NCBI GenBank assembly: GCA_951406725.2
Contig: OX597820.1
Location: forward strand, 15,438,001 to 15,502,000
Length of the DNA: 64,000 nucleotides
From: Octopus vulgaris
Taxonomy: Eukaryota
Direction: 5' to 3'
Shown in pieces: positions 1 to 11,399 of the stretch (within the stretch, counting starts at the first letter, position 1; every line of letters begins with the position of its first letter). A program made the position numbers and the translations under genes. Below the pieces are notes generated by a model. The model saw nothing but the letters and a program-made list of their open reading frames with translations. It ran no database searches and was not told the origin of the DNA.

Positions 1-61
1 AATTAGCAATAGATCAGACCAATGTTCTGAACTGGCTACAATAAAATTTCCAAATTACATG

Positions 62-283
62 CTTTTTTTTTTTGCCCACAAGGGGCTAAACAGAGGGGAC
101 AAACAAAGGGATTAAGTTGATTACATCAACCCCAGTGCATGACTGATACTTAATTTATTGGGCCCAAAGGGATGAAAAGCAAAATCGACCTCGGCGGAAT
201 TTGAACTCAGAACGTAGCAGCAGACGAAATACTGCTAAGCAAATTCGCCCGGCACGCTAACGTTTCTGCCAGCTCGCCACCTT
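62..283 (-). mobile_element. tRNA-derived SINE family A (Nin/Deu-like central domain)
   Basis: Minus strand reads ggcgagctggcagaaacgttagc...ctgagttcaaattccgccgagg (B-box-like GTTCAAATTCC)...ttcatcc...agccccttgtgggc, then an A tail. Other copies lie at about 490, 2415, 2660, 9303, 11330, 14905, 19665, 29290, 29590, 29900, 37565 and 54025. Confidence 0.85.
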
Positions 284-736
284 TATTATATGCTTTACAA
301 ACATATATTAATCACATACAATCCTTCTTTTTTGCAATTACTTTGCTATCTCTTGGTTACCCCTCTTTTGACGGATACAAACATTAAGAACACAACTGTA
401 ATTCAAGAACTTTACTCATTAAGAGCCTCATACATAATCACTTAACACTGTGAAAAAATAAAATTTAAAAAACAAACTCAATTGTTTCTAATTTTGGTAC
501 AGCGTCAGTTACTTTAAGGAGACTGGGAGGGAGTAGTGGATTACATCAACTTCAGTATTTGACTGGTATTTTATTGTATTGATGAAAGACAAAGTTGACC
601 TTGGCGGGATTTGAACTCAAAATATCAGAATATAGAGAGTTGGAGCAAATGCCACTAAGGATTTTTTTCCTTTTTTTGCAACCCTAACAATTCTGTCAAT
701 CTACTAAAGAATAAAATTAGATATTGATAAACAAAC

Positions 737-905
737 ACCCACTACACTCACAGAGTGGTTGGCGTTAGGAAGGGCATCCAGCTGTAGAAACACTGCCAAA
801 TCAGACTGGGGCCTGGTGCAGCCTCCATGGCTTACCAGACCCCAGTCGAACCGTCTAATCCATGCTAGCATGGAAAACGGACGTTAAATGATGATGATGA
901 TGATG
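737..905 (+). mobile_element. RTE LINE 3' tail fragment with (GAT)n end
   Basis: cacccactacactc...ttaggaagggcatccagctgtagaaa...gttaaatgatgatgat is the same family as the 3' UTR that follows RTE coding sequence at 57230-58046. Other copies lie at about 1370-1650, 7625-7935, 17000-17140, 22340-22912, 35070-35245, 49965-50296 and 59266-59365. Confidence 0.8.
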
Positions 906-995
906 CGATAGCATCATGAAAGAGACAAAGTGTAGATATACTTCCCTGTGTCAAACTATATAATATAGGGACAAACCAATAAGGGATTCACTTAG

Positions 996-1225
996 CATGT
1001 AGCCTAGTGGTTAGGGTGTTGCGCTCACAATCATAAGGCCGGGGTTTTAATTCCTGGACCAGGTAGTGCATTGTGTTCTTGAGCAAAACACTTCATTTCA
1101 TATCGTTCCACTCAACTCAGCTAAAAATGAGTAATCCTGTGACAGACTAGCATTCTTTGTTGGGGTAGCTTATAAACCATGGAAACGGGTAACCAGTTCC
1201 ACAAGTTCTAGGACTCAAGCTAACA
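996..1225 (+). mobile_element. tRNA-derived SINE family C, degenerate copy
   Basis: Head tagcctagtggttagggtgttgcgctcacaatc..., then gtgttcttgagcaaaacactt. Related to 27362-27672, 42355-42650 (-) and about 58850-59165 (-). Confidence 0.6.
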
Positions 1226-1835
1226 ATGTCCAGGGGTCAGTGACAGTGATGATATACAGTTGTTCAAATCTCTATTAAATCATAAATCACACCATTCCAT
1301 CCAATCTGAGCAAAAAACAAAAAAAAATTCAAATTGAGATGGATATGTGAGATAATGTAGTTCTCAGCATCATCATCGTCATTAAACGTCCGCTTTCCAT
1401 GCTAGCATAGGTTGGACGATTTGACTGAGGACTGGCGAACCAGATGGCTGCACCAGGCTCCAGTCTGATCTGGCAGAGTTTCTACAGCTGGATGCCCTTC
1501 CTAACGCCAACCACTCTGAGAGTGTAGCGGGTGCTTTTATGTGCCACCGGTACAAGGGCCAGTCTGGCGGTACTGACAACAGCCACGCTCGAAATGGTGT
1601 TTTTTTACTTGCCACCTGAACAGGAGTCAGTCCAGCAGCACTGGCAACGACAAAAAAAAAAAAAGACAGAATGGTCACACTTGGAATGACTTTGATCATA
1701 TGTCTATTCAGTCAAGCATTAATATGGAATTGAATAACACAGAGGCATAACAGGGATTCATTTCATTTACTTTGCAGCATCAAGTCTAACTCCTCAATAG
1801 GAACTTGCTCTGCCTCAACTCCTCTTATACTTTAA

Positions 1836-2051
1836 TCCTTTACCATTTAAACCAGCCATATCTAAACAAAATATTCAACTTGTTTTATGTTCAAATTGTT
1901 CAGGTCAGGCCTCTCACACCAGACCTACAATATCATTCAAAAACTTAATAATTCTCTCATCAAAATCTCAAAGCTCCAAGATAATGCATGATTAATTCAA
2001 AACAAAGTGAATAAGTATTACTTTCAACAGAATAATGTAAATACTAAAGGG
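1836..2051. mobile_element. piggyBac-like MITE (TTAA-flanked)
   Basis: TTAA|tcctttaccatttaaa...aatactaaaggg|TTAA. Internal sequence is homologous to 51916-52124 and 61939-62140. Confidence 0.7.
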
Positions 2052-3319
2052 TTAATGCACCCTTTTTCTAACATAAAACTGACCCCTACCTCTTTGGGTT
2101 TCATAGTCTTGTGAGCTGCATGGTAAACTCACTAGTGCTGATAGCCCAAAAGCACACAGTATACACTGTAAAATAATTGGCATTGAGAAGGGCATCCAGC
2201 AGTAGAAACCATGCCAAAGCAGACACTGGAAGGTGACATAGTCCTTGGCCCAATCAAATCTTATCAAACATTTCAGCTTATGCCAAAATGGAACATGGAC
2301 CTTGAAAGATGATGATGATGAAAAGTTTCCATTCTCAATTAACCTGCCTGCAAGGGTCAAAGCTAAGTGGAATGAGTAATAAAAGTTTATTTTAATGACA
2401 TATAATAATCTTTTCAACTCTAGGCACAAGGCCTGAAACTTTTGGGTAGGAGGCCAGTTGATTAGATTGACCCTAGTATGCAACTGGTACTTAATTTATC
2501 AGCCATGAAAGGATGAAAAATAAAGTCAACCTTGGTGGAATTTGAACTCAGAATGTAGCGGCAGACAATATACCACTAAGCATTTCACCCGATGTGCTAA
2601 TGTTTCTGCCAGCTCTCTGCCTTTATAATATATAATGATATATTATAGTTAATGTAATATTGGTTTCAGATTTTGGCACAATGCCAGCAATTTTGGGGGA
2701 TGGGTAAGTTGATTATATCAAACCCAGTGCTCAAATGGTACTTATTTTATTGACCCTGAAAGGATGAAAGGTAAAGTCAACCTCAGCAGAATTTGAACTC
2801 AGAACTAAAAGACTGACAAAATGTTGCTAAGCATTTTGCCCAGCATGCCAACGGTTCTGCCAGTTTGGTACCTTAGTAATATAATATATTTGAAAATAAT
2901 TCTTCCTATAATATTTTCCAAACTATCACGAGAAGAAAAAACAAAAAGACAAAAAAGAAAATCGCATATAATTTAAATACTGCATTTAAAAAAAAAATGA
3001 AAAAAAGTGAGATACACCATTTCTGAAGCTTAGAAAATATTCAAGTCATTTCCCAAACATACTTGGAAATTTATGAACTCCAATGTCTTGAAGGCTGATT
3101 TAAAAAAAAAATGATTTTTTATAGTTACTGAGCATGATGATGGTGATGATGATGAAGATGATAGTGATGATGATATGCAAATAACATAATTGAATTTTTA
3201 AAAAATGATAAACTATGTATGAAAGGATTAATTTTGAAATATAGTGGCAAATAGAGTGCTGACATGCTAGACTGTTGACTAAAAGGTCATGAAATTACTA
3301 ATACAATTATTTCTGGGGA

Positions 3320-3445
3320 GAAAGAGTGAGAGAGAGAGAGAGAATGAAAGAGAGAGACAGAGAATGAAAGAGAGAGAGAGAATGAAAGAGGGAGAGAGAA
3401 TGAAAGAGAGAGAGAGAGAGTGTGTGTGTGTGTACATACACATAA
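3320..3445. repeat. Compound (GA)n / GAGAATGAAA minisatellite plus (GT)n
   Basis: Directly visible; explains the spurious ERERE ORF. Confidence 0.9.
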
Positions 3446-3548
3446 ACACACTAATGTTTGTTGTTATGTTCAGTTATACAAAAAACAATTTTACATTTAT
3501 CTCACGGGTTATTCTATACTTTTGCAGAATACAAACTTATTCTTAAAT

Positions 3549-3649
3549 AAGAATATTATTGATAGTGACTTCGAAGTTTCAGCCAGTTAAGCCAGTCCAA
3601 TGATGGCTTAACTGGCCAAAACTTCAAAGTCACTGTCAATAATATTCTT
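3549..3649. repeat. Inverted repeat, 46-bp arms with 9-nt spacer, containing a Penelope-type hammerhead remnant
   Basis: Arms 3549-3594 and 3604-3649 match at 42/46 positions. The arm reads tggcttaactggc(c/t)(g/a)aaacttc(g/a)aagtc. Confidence 0.85.
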
Positions 3650-3654
3650 GCTTG

Positions 3655-4000
3655 TAATCTCATTCTTGCTCACAACATCATAAGCGGAAAGTGTAACCTC
3701 TTGAAAGAGCTGTTCTTCATTCCTGCTCCAGAGCGTCGGCTGCAGGGTCACTCCGAAAAGCTCTATCTGTGACGATTTCATCTCAATCAAAGGAGAGGGG
3801 CTTTCTCCGTCCGGGTTGCGGATCCGTGGAATAAGCTGCCGGACAAGATAGTGAAGATGCCGACGACCGCTCGGTTCAAAGTCTCCCTTGACCACAAATG
3901 GCCTGAACTTTTTGCATGAACACTACCCTGTACACAACTCCATGTTCCCCTACATGGCCTTGCTTTTTGTTTTATGAGCCTATAAATTAACTAACTAATA
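3655..4000 (+). mobile_element. CR1/L2-group LINE 3' end, pseudogenised ORF2 C-terminus
   Basis: Plus frame reads LILAHNIISGKCNLLKELFFIPAPERRLQGHSEKLYL*RFHLNQRRGAFSVRVADPWNKLPDKIVKMPTTARFKVSLD (GH..KL, F..RV...WN.LP, FK..LD motifs). A (TAAC)n tail follows. Confidence 0.85.
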
Positions 4001-5486
4001 ACACAAACATCAGCATTTTTGAAAAACTTATTTCTGGAAACTAACTAATGTTATTTGATGCATTTAAATACTTAATCTAGTATTTAACAGACATGTCTTG
4101 TGCAGTTGTTAGTAATTTAACATGATTGAACATTGTGCTAATTGTCAGCACAGATATAACAATATAACGTAGAGTGTTTATTTACTTTTGAGAGAGAGAG
4201 GATATGATTGATAGAGATGGAGAGGATTGAAAGAAAGAGAGAGAGAAGAGGGTGAAACTCAGATACACACCCAAGTTCTTGAGAGCGCAGCACAAATGTC
4301 AAACTCATTGTAACTGGAGGCAATGCAGATCCTCAACAGAATTTGTCTGACTTCTATTGCGATGCTGAGAAGAAATAGCTAATATCCAAACGGGAAATTC
4401 TGTTTTACATCTAGAAAAAGGTGTGTTGATTGGCATATTAGTATTGCTTCAGCACACATTTTAAACTTAGTATCACAGCTTGAAAAATAAAAACATTCAT
4501 TACAGCAACACTCAAATCGCACAATGTTCAGCAGGGATGTAGCATTCATTCTCCAAATTTAATTCCACAAGAAGATTGTTTTAGCAAATAAATATATGTT
4601 AGTACCCTGAAGTTTTTAAAAGGGCCATTACTTTGTAACCAGCTTTAAAGGGAAAAGCTCATCACACAAGGACAGGCATTTTCTCTTTTTTGTTTCAGTC
4701 ATTTTGACTGCGGCCATGCTGGAGCACCGCCTTTAATCGAGCAACTCGACCCCGGGACTTATTCTTTGTAAGCTCAGTACTTATTCTATCGGTCTCTTTT
4801 GCCGAACTGCTAAGTGGGTTACATGGTTAAGAAATTCACTTTGCAATCACATGGTTTTGGGTTCAGCCCCAAAGCCATGTGTGTGAATATGGAAGATGGA
4901 AATGGTGTGGAAGCCTATTGTGTGCATGTCTGTGGGTGTAAGTGTGTATGTGTGCGTATATAAATATAGTTTGTGTGTTTGGCTCCATCACCATCACTTT
5001 ATGACTCGTATTGGTTTGTGTAACTTAGGAGTGTAGCATTAAGATCAACAGATTTGATTCTCACAACTAAAACCTTTCAAGGTGGTGCCCTAGCATGGCC
5101 ACAGTCCAACGACTGAAGCAAGATAAAAGATTCGCCAAAAGCTGAAAATACATATCCTCTCTCCCACCTATGTTTCACGGCTAGCTAAATCGTTACTATT
5201 TTCATTAGAAGCTATTAACTCATATACTCTGTGGTGTGTTACGAAGTTTTTCTTTCTTTTTCTCCCCCCCTCCCCCACATATACTTATTGCTACTGAATG
5301 ATTAATTCCTGATGTCAACAGATATGTAAACAATCTGCCTAAAAAGTGTGTAAGCCTCAGACATGAGGAAAGCTGAATGAGACCACAACTAGGTCAAAAT
5401 CACAATGTTCAGTTGTCAGTCCCATATGTTCTCTCTGAGGATTAAGACAGTCAGAATTACTTTAGAGCAGTGCTACATACATACAC

Positions 5487-5531
<45 letters not shown>

Positions 5532-5633
5532 TATATATACACTTATATAGATATATGTATACATACATATACACACACATATAGGCACATATAGATACAT
5601 ACACACACACACACATATATATGTGTATATATA

Positions 5634-5902
5634 TCATCATCATCATCATTGTTTGACCGTGGTCGAGACTTTCATAGTCTTTTCAAATGGCTAATAATGT
5701 GTGCGCGCGCCACTACTACACACATCGGAAAGCATTGTACAACCAAGTACTAAAGAAGATCTTTCCTCCTCCATGAAACAAAGCTGTTCCCGCTGGACGT
5801 CAACCCAGTATTTCTAAGCTACGGACCCAGTGATTTATTGTACGGTTATCTCCCTAGATAGATTGCCTTCACTACGGCTAAGGAGCCCTTTCTACCCCAG
5901 TA
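5634..5902 (-). mobile_element. CpG-rich short retroelement with (GAT)n tail, inserted in a TA/CA microsatellite (possibly internally deleted RTE)
   Basis: (CAT)n at the left end, high CpG content, microsatellite on both flanks. The 5' part ggctccttagcc...ggcaatctatctagggaga resembles RTE 5' UTRs. Confidence 0.45.
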
Positions 5903-5908
5903 TGTATG

Positions 5909-5943
<35 letters not shown>

Positions 5944-8900
5944 ACACACGTGTGTATATACATAATTAATTCCCATTTTCTATTGCAGATTGCTTTAACT
6001 TTTTTCTCATAGACATTTTACTATCAAACATGCACTAATAAGATTTTTTTTTACAAAAATAATGTTAAAAATAAAAATAAACATCAATAACATTGAATGT
6101 TTTCAGAAATGAATTTACACAAGTTATTTTATTAATGCAACCTGTTAATATTCAAAGAACTGTGAGAATTTGGAAATGTTATTTCAAGAAAACTTACACT
6201 CATTTTAAGATGCTAAGAAAGCAACAACAACCATTTGTAATCAAAATAGAAAAGAAAAGTGAAAACTATTGCAGGCATGGCTGTGTAGTTAATAAGCTAG
6301 ATTTGCAATCACATGGTTTCAGGTTCAATTTCCCTGTGCAGTACCTTGGGGAAGTGTCTTGCACATAGCCCCCAGCCAATCTATGCCTTGTGAGAAGCCC
6401 ATCATGTATGTGTGAATGTAGTTTTGTTTGCTCCCCATTCACCACTGCTTGTTTGTTTATATCCACACGACTTAGTGGTTTGGCAAAAGTGACTGATAAA
6501 ATAAGTACTAGATTTTAAAAATAAGTAGTGGGTTTATTTGTTCGACTAAACTTTTCAATATGATGCCCCAGAATGGTTACTGTTCATTGACAGAAACAAG
6601 TAAAAGGTACAAATCTATTAAATAAAACCACAAAGTTATGACTGTTGAAGAGAGATAGTGATGCATTATTATTGAAAAAAAAAAAAAAAAAAGAAAAAGA
6701 AAGAAAGAAAAAAAAAGGGTGACTGGAGTTTAGCTCAACAAAAGTACAATAACTGAGAGAGCACATCAGAGTCTGAACAAAGCATTAAATTGATAACTGA
6801 CACAATATATATCTATAAAAGGAAATAAATAAAACAGAAAAAAACCATTTACTGCTGCCACAGTCAGAATCATCTATAGATGCCATTATATTTACCATTC
6901 CCATTAAGGAATATTGAAGCAACAACAACAATGATGATTTTTGTTTCACATAATATCAGAAATATATATTTTTCTTTTTTTACCCTATATGAGACTATGG
7001 AAAACAATAACCCTTTCGAAACAGTAGTTATCAGGAAATGCTTATAATGGCCATCATATGGATATTGTTGTTATATATTAAAAGGTCAGTATTGTAAAAT
7101 AGGATCAAAAAAACATCTGCAGTAAGGTTTTTAAACTTGGTGATTTTTTTCATTTAGTCATAAAGTAACTATTCTCCTTTACCAAATGCAACCGATTTAA
7201 GGGAATGGATTTTGAGATAAAAACTATACAACAAGTCCAAAAATAGATATCACAAAATATAACACCACCCAATGCTATTAAGAGGGAATAATTGGAACAA
7301 TCAAATGTAATTAGAACTATGAAATGTTGCCTTTCTAACTACATAAACGCAGTGGGTTTGCAATGCTATGACAGAACTGTATACAGTTGTGAGAATACAA
7401 CTATTATCACCCATAAACAGTTTCTAACTTTGGTACAGAGCTGCAATTTGAAAAGAATGATGGATCAAATTGACCACAGTGTATAACAATGTATTTTATT
7501 AGAGCTAGAGAGAAGACAAGCTAATTTATTTATGGCAAAATTTGAATTCAGAATGCAAGGATTATTAGTAAATACAAGATATTTAATTTAATGCATCGCC
7601 ATTTCTACATTTTGCTATCAAATTCATCATCATCATCATTTAATATCCGCTTTCCATGCTAGCAAGGGTTGGACGGTTTGACTGAGGACTGGTGAACCAG
7701 ATGGCTGCACCAGGCTCCAATCTGATCTGGCAGAGTTTCTACAGCTGGATGCCCTTCCTAATGCCAACCACTCTGACAGTGTAGTGGGTGCTTTTACGTG
7801 CCACCTGCACAGGAGCCAGTCCAGCGGCACTGGCAACGACCTCGCTCGAATGTTTTTTCACGTGCCACTGGCACAAGTGCCAGTAAGGCGATGCTGGTAA
7901 CGATCACGCTCGAACGGTGCTTTTTATGTGCCAAACTTAAACAAATAAAGCAGAAAGGCAAAAATTTTGGAATGCATTATGGAATAATTGGTAGCTTTAT
8001 TATTAACTTTTTTCAGTCATTGGACTGTGACCATGCTAAGGTACTGCCTTGAAAGGTTTTGGTACTTAGTCTATTGATCTCTTTTGCCAAACAGTTAAGT
8101 TATGGGGATATAAACAAACCAACACTGGTTGTCCAGAGGGGCAAAGGTGACAAACTCTAGGACACTTGCATATAAATACAAGGCAGGTTTCCACACAATT
8201 TCTGTCTACCAAATTCCCTCACAAGGCATTGATCAGCCAAGAGTTATAGAAGAAAACATTTGATTAGGGTACTGCGTCCTGGGACTGAACACAGAACTAC
8301 ATGGTTGCAAAAAGAGCTCCTTAACCACACAGCCATGCCTGCACTTATAACATGTACTTTTTCTCCACTTTGTTTGTAAATTCAAGACTTAGTTATTTCA
8401 ATCCATCATAATGTTTCTAGAAAGATACACAAATGATTCCCAACTGGTTTCTTCAGAGAGACATGAAACCGAAGATTCTTTTAGCAGAAGAGAAATCAGC
8501 ATGTTTTACCCAAAGAGATAATGAACATAAAGGAAGGAAATTAGTTGAAACTACAAATTAAATCCTGTTTGTAGTCTCATCAATTAGTACTAATTGCCCA
8601 TCATGACATAAAATTCTCTGGCTCTAATGAAAAAACTTCTGTAAAGTTATAGATCACATTTACCTCAGCAAAGTAAATTACTAAACTAATAACTAGATTT
8701 CAGTTTGACACTTCTATCCAAATATATTCATTGATAGATGTATACTCTTCTAAGTTGTTAAACTTTAGGTCAGTCCAGATAGTAAAAACATCAGATCAGA
8801 GATGTTCCAGCACTGATCATCCAGTCTTTTTGTGGGACCATATTATCAAATAAGTCATCCCTCTTTTAAGATGGTAGGATGTGATTTGAGAAAATTTGAT

Positions 8901-11399
8901 TGCTATTTCTAACAAGTTAAGTGACCACAAAGAGGCTTCTCAATTTGCTGCTAGCATAGCAAAGGAAAGTGTTAGATTTACTCGAGATAGAATATAGCAC
9001 AACATCAATAATTATAAAGTTCAGCCAACAGTTCTGATGCTTAACCCAACAGTCACTGCATCCACTCCACGTATTAATAGATAAATAGAAAGATATTCGA
9101 CTATCACAATACATATATGTGCCAGATGAGGAAGGTCAGAGTCCATGAAGTTTTCAAGGTTTCTGAGACTGATGGGAAGAAGGGAGGAAACTATCCCCAG
9201 ACCAGAGACATAGCAAAAATTCTTGCAACAGAGTGGAGTCCACAAGAGGCATCCAAATCCAAAGACCAGACTTGTATTACTTCAGGTAATACATTACCTA
9301 AAAGGTGGCGAGCTGGCAGAAACATTAGCATGCCAGGTGAAATGCTTAGTGATATTTTGTCTGTCTTTATGTTCTGAGTTCAAATTCTGCCGAGGTTGAC
9401 TTTGCTTTTCATCCTTTCGGGTTTGATAAATTAAGTACCAGTTGTGTACTGGGGTCGATCTAATCGACTGCCCCCTTCACCCAAAATTTTGAGCCTTGTG
9501 CCTAGTGTAGAAAAGAATATATTACCTACTGACCCCAAACTAAACCATCCTCCAATAGGCTTTTACAGAGCTTTGATTGGGTTGGGGTTATAGAAGACAC
9601 TTCCCCAAGGTGCCATGCAGTGGGACTAAACCTGAAGCCATGTGGTTAGCAAGCAAATTCTTCACCAGACCTGCACCTATGCTATAAAGTATAAAACACA
9701 AACCACATCTGGTTGACAGTCTTTTGGAGAAACAAAACTTTCATGAAACAGATGTAGAGCAACTTAAATAAGTATTTAAATTACAAGCTATACTTTGTAA
9801 TATCTAATCATAATTCTCAGAATTCTTTACAATAACAAAATAACAATATGATAGAGGAATACTTCTGATGAGCATCCTGCATAATAAATACAAATGCGAA
9901 GGTGTCTTATATATGTAATATGATGAATTAAATAACTAAGATCAACTGTGATTATCCCACAATTCTAAAGAAAAACTCCCCTAAGAGGCATTTAAAATCT
10001 AATAACAACAAGCAAAGGAGATAATTCTAATAAAATCATTTGAACAAATCTTGAGATATTGTAGATTAAAGAGCATCTGGTCTGGTGAAAGCTTCAGGCA
10101 TGTTTCAGTTTTATTAGACCTCCTCAGCCAAATATATTTTATTAGGTGGGCAAAACCAAGAGATCAATATATTCATTATAGACAAAGAGTGAATTTTGTA
10201 GCAATGACTCTGAATATCAACAAGGCTGAAAGAAAATACTTTAGGCAAGTGTTCATTACCATTGTTTTAATGTCCACTATGCCATGCTTGCATGGGCTAG
10301 AAAGAAATTGTTGAGGCAGATGCCTTTCCTGTCGCCGGTTATCACCTGTTTCCAAGAAAGATGATATTTTCTTATGACTAGATATGCTTTCACAGAAGAC
10401 TGTAAACAAAGGTCACTACTTGCAAGATGGTGCCACTCACCTACAACTCTCAGGTGAAATCAAGATAAAGAGACAGTAACACACACACATACATACAGAC
10501 ACGTCATCATCATCATCATCATCATTTAATGTCCTTCTTCCATGCTGGCATGGGTTGGGTGGTTTGACGACTGCACCTGACTTCTGTGTCTGCTTCTATT
10601 TATGGTTGGCTGTCCTTCCTAAAACCAACCACCCCCACAGAGTGGGCAACTGAGTGCTTTTTACATGTCACCAGCACAGGCGAGGTCAGTTTTGGCATGG
10701 TTTTTACTGCTAGATTCTCTTCCAAATGCCAACCACTTCACAATGTGGAGTGGATGTGGTTGGTGCACATATACGCACACACACACAGTTTCCGTCTACA
10801 CTTTCAGTTTCCGTCTACCAAATTCACTCACAAGGCTTTGCCACATGGTAGGACTGAACTCAAAGCCAAGTGGTTGAGATGTAAACTTCTTACCACACAA
10901 CCATGCTAGTGCTGGCATATTAAATACAAACACAGAAGGGTCTTGCATATGTAATACACTGAATTGAAAAACTTCAGTTTACTTAAGATTATCCAAGTAG
11001 TTAGTAGGTTAAAAACTCCTCTAGAAGATAGAAATGGCTGTTCTTGAATTAGTTGTACTATGAGGTTTTAAAATGCAACAACAGACAGTTGTGGTATCAT
11101 ACAATACATCTAAACAATATGTATCATACATCTAAGACAATGATTTCTGAAATGAGTATAAAAATTGTATGGAAGTAATTGATTTAAATTAATCCTAGTA
11201 CATAACTTGTACGGGGAGATGTAAGTCAAAGTTGAAATCGGAGAGATTTGAACTCAGAATGCAAATACAGCAAGTCATTGTCAAATCTTCTAACCATTAT
11301 GCCACTCCAGTGCCATCATAATTTCTTCTCATATAGGCTCAAAGCTAGAAATCTGAGGTGAAAGATAAGCCGATTTAAATTTGACTCTAGCACTTGTGT

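Noticed and set aside
1382-1699. Recurrent WLALGRASSCRN ORFs suggesting a gene family
   Set aside because: All are translations of the RTE 3' UTR repeat.
4200-4680. Repeat-free block as a possible next liprin-beta exon
   Set aside because: No frame matches the expected ELLSR.SLET.KLDLM continuation, and there is no convincing splice pair.
9117-9300. 86-aa ORF
   Set aside because: It looks like a highly degenerate RTE-like remnant running into a SINE; not supportable as a gene.
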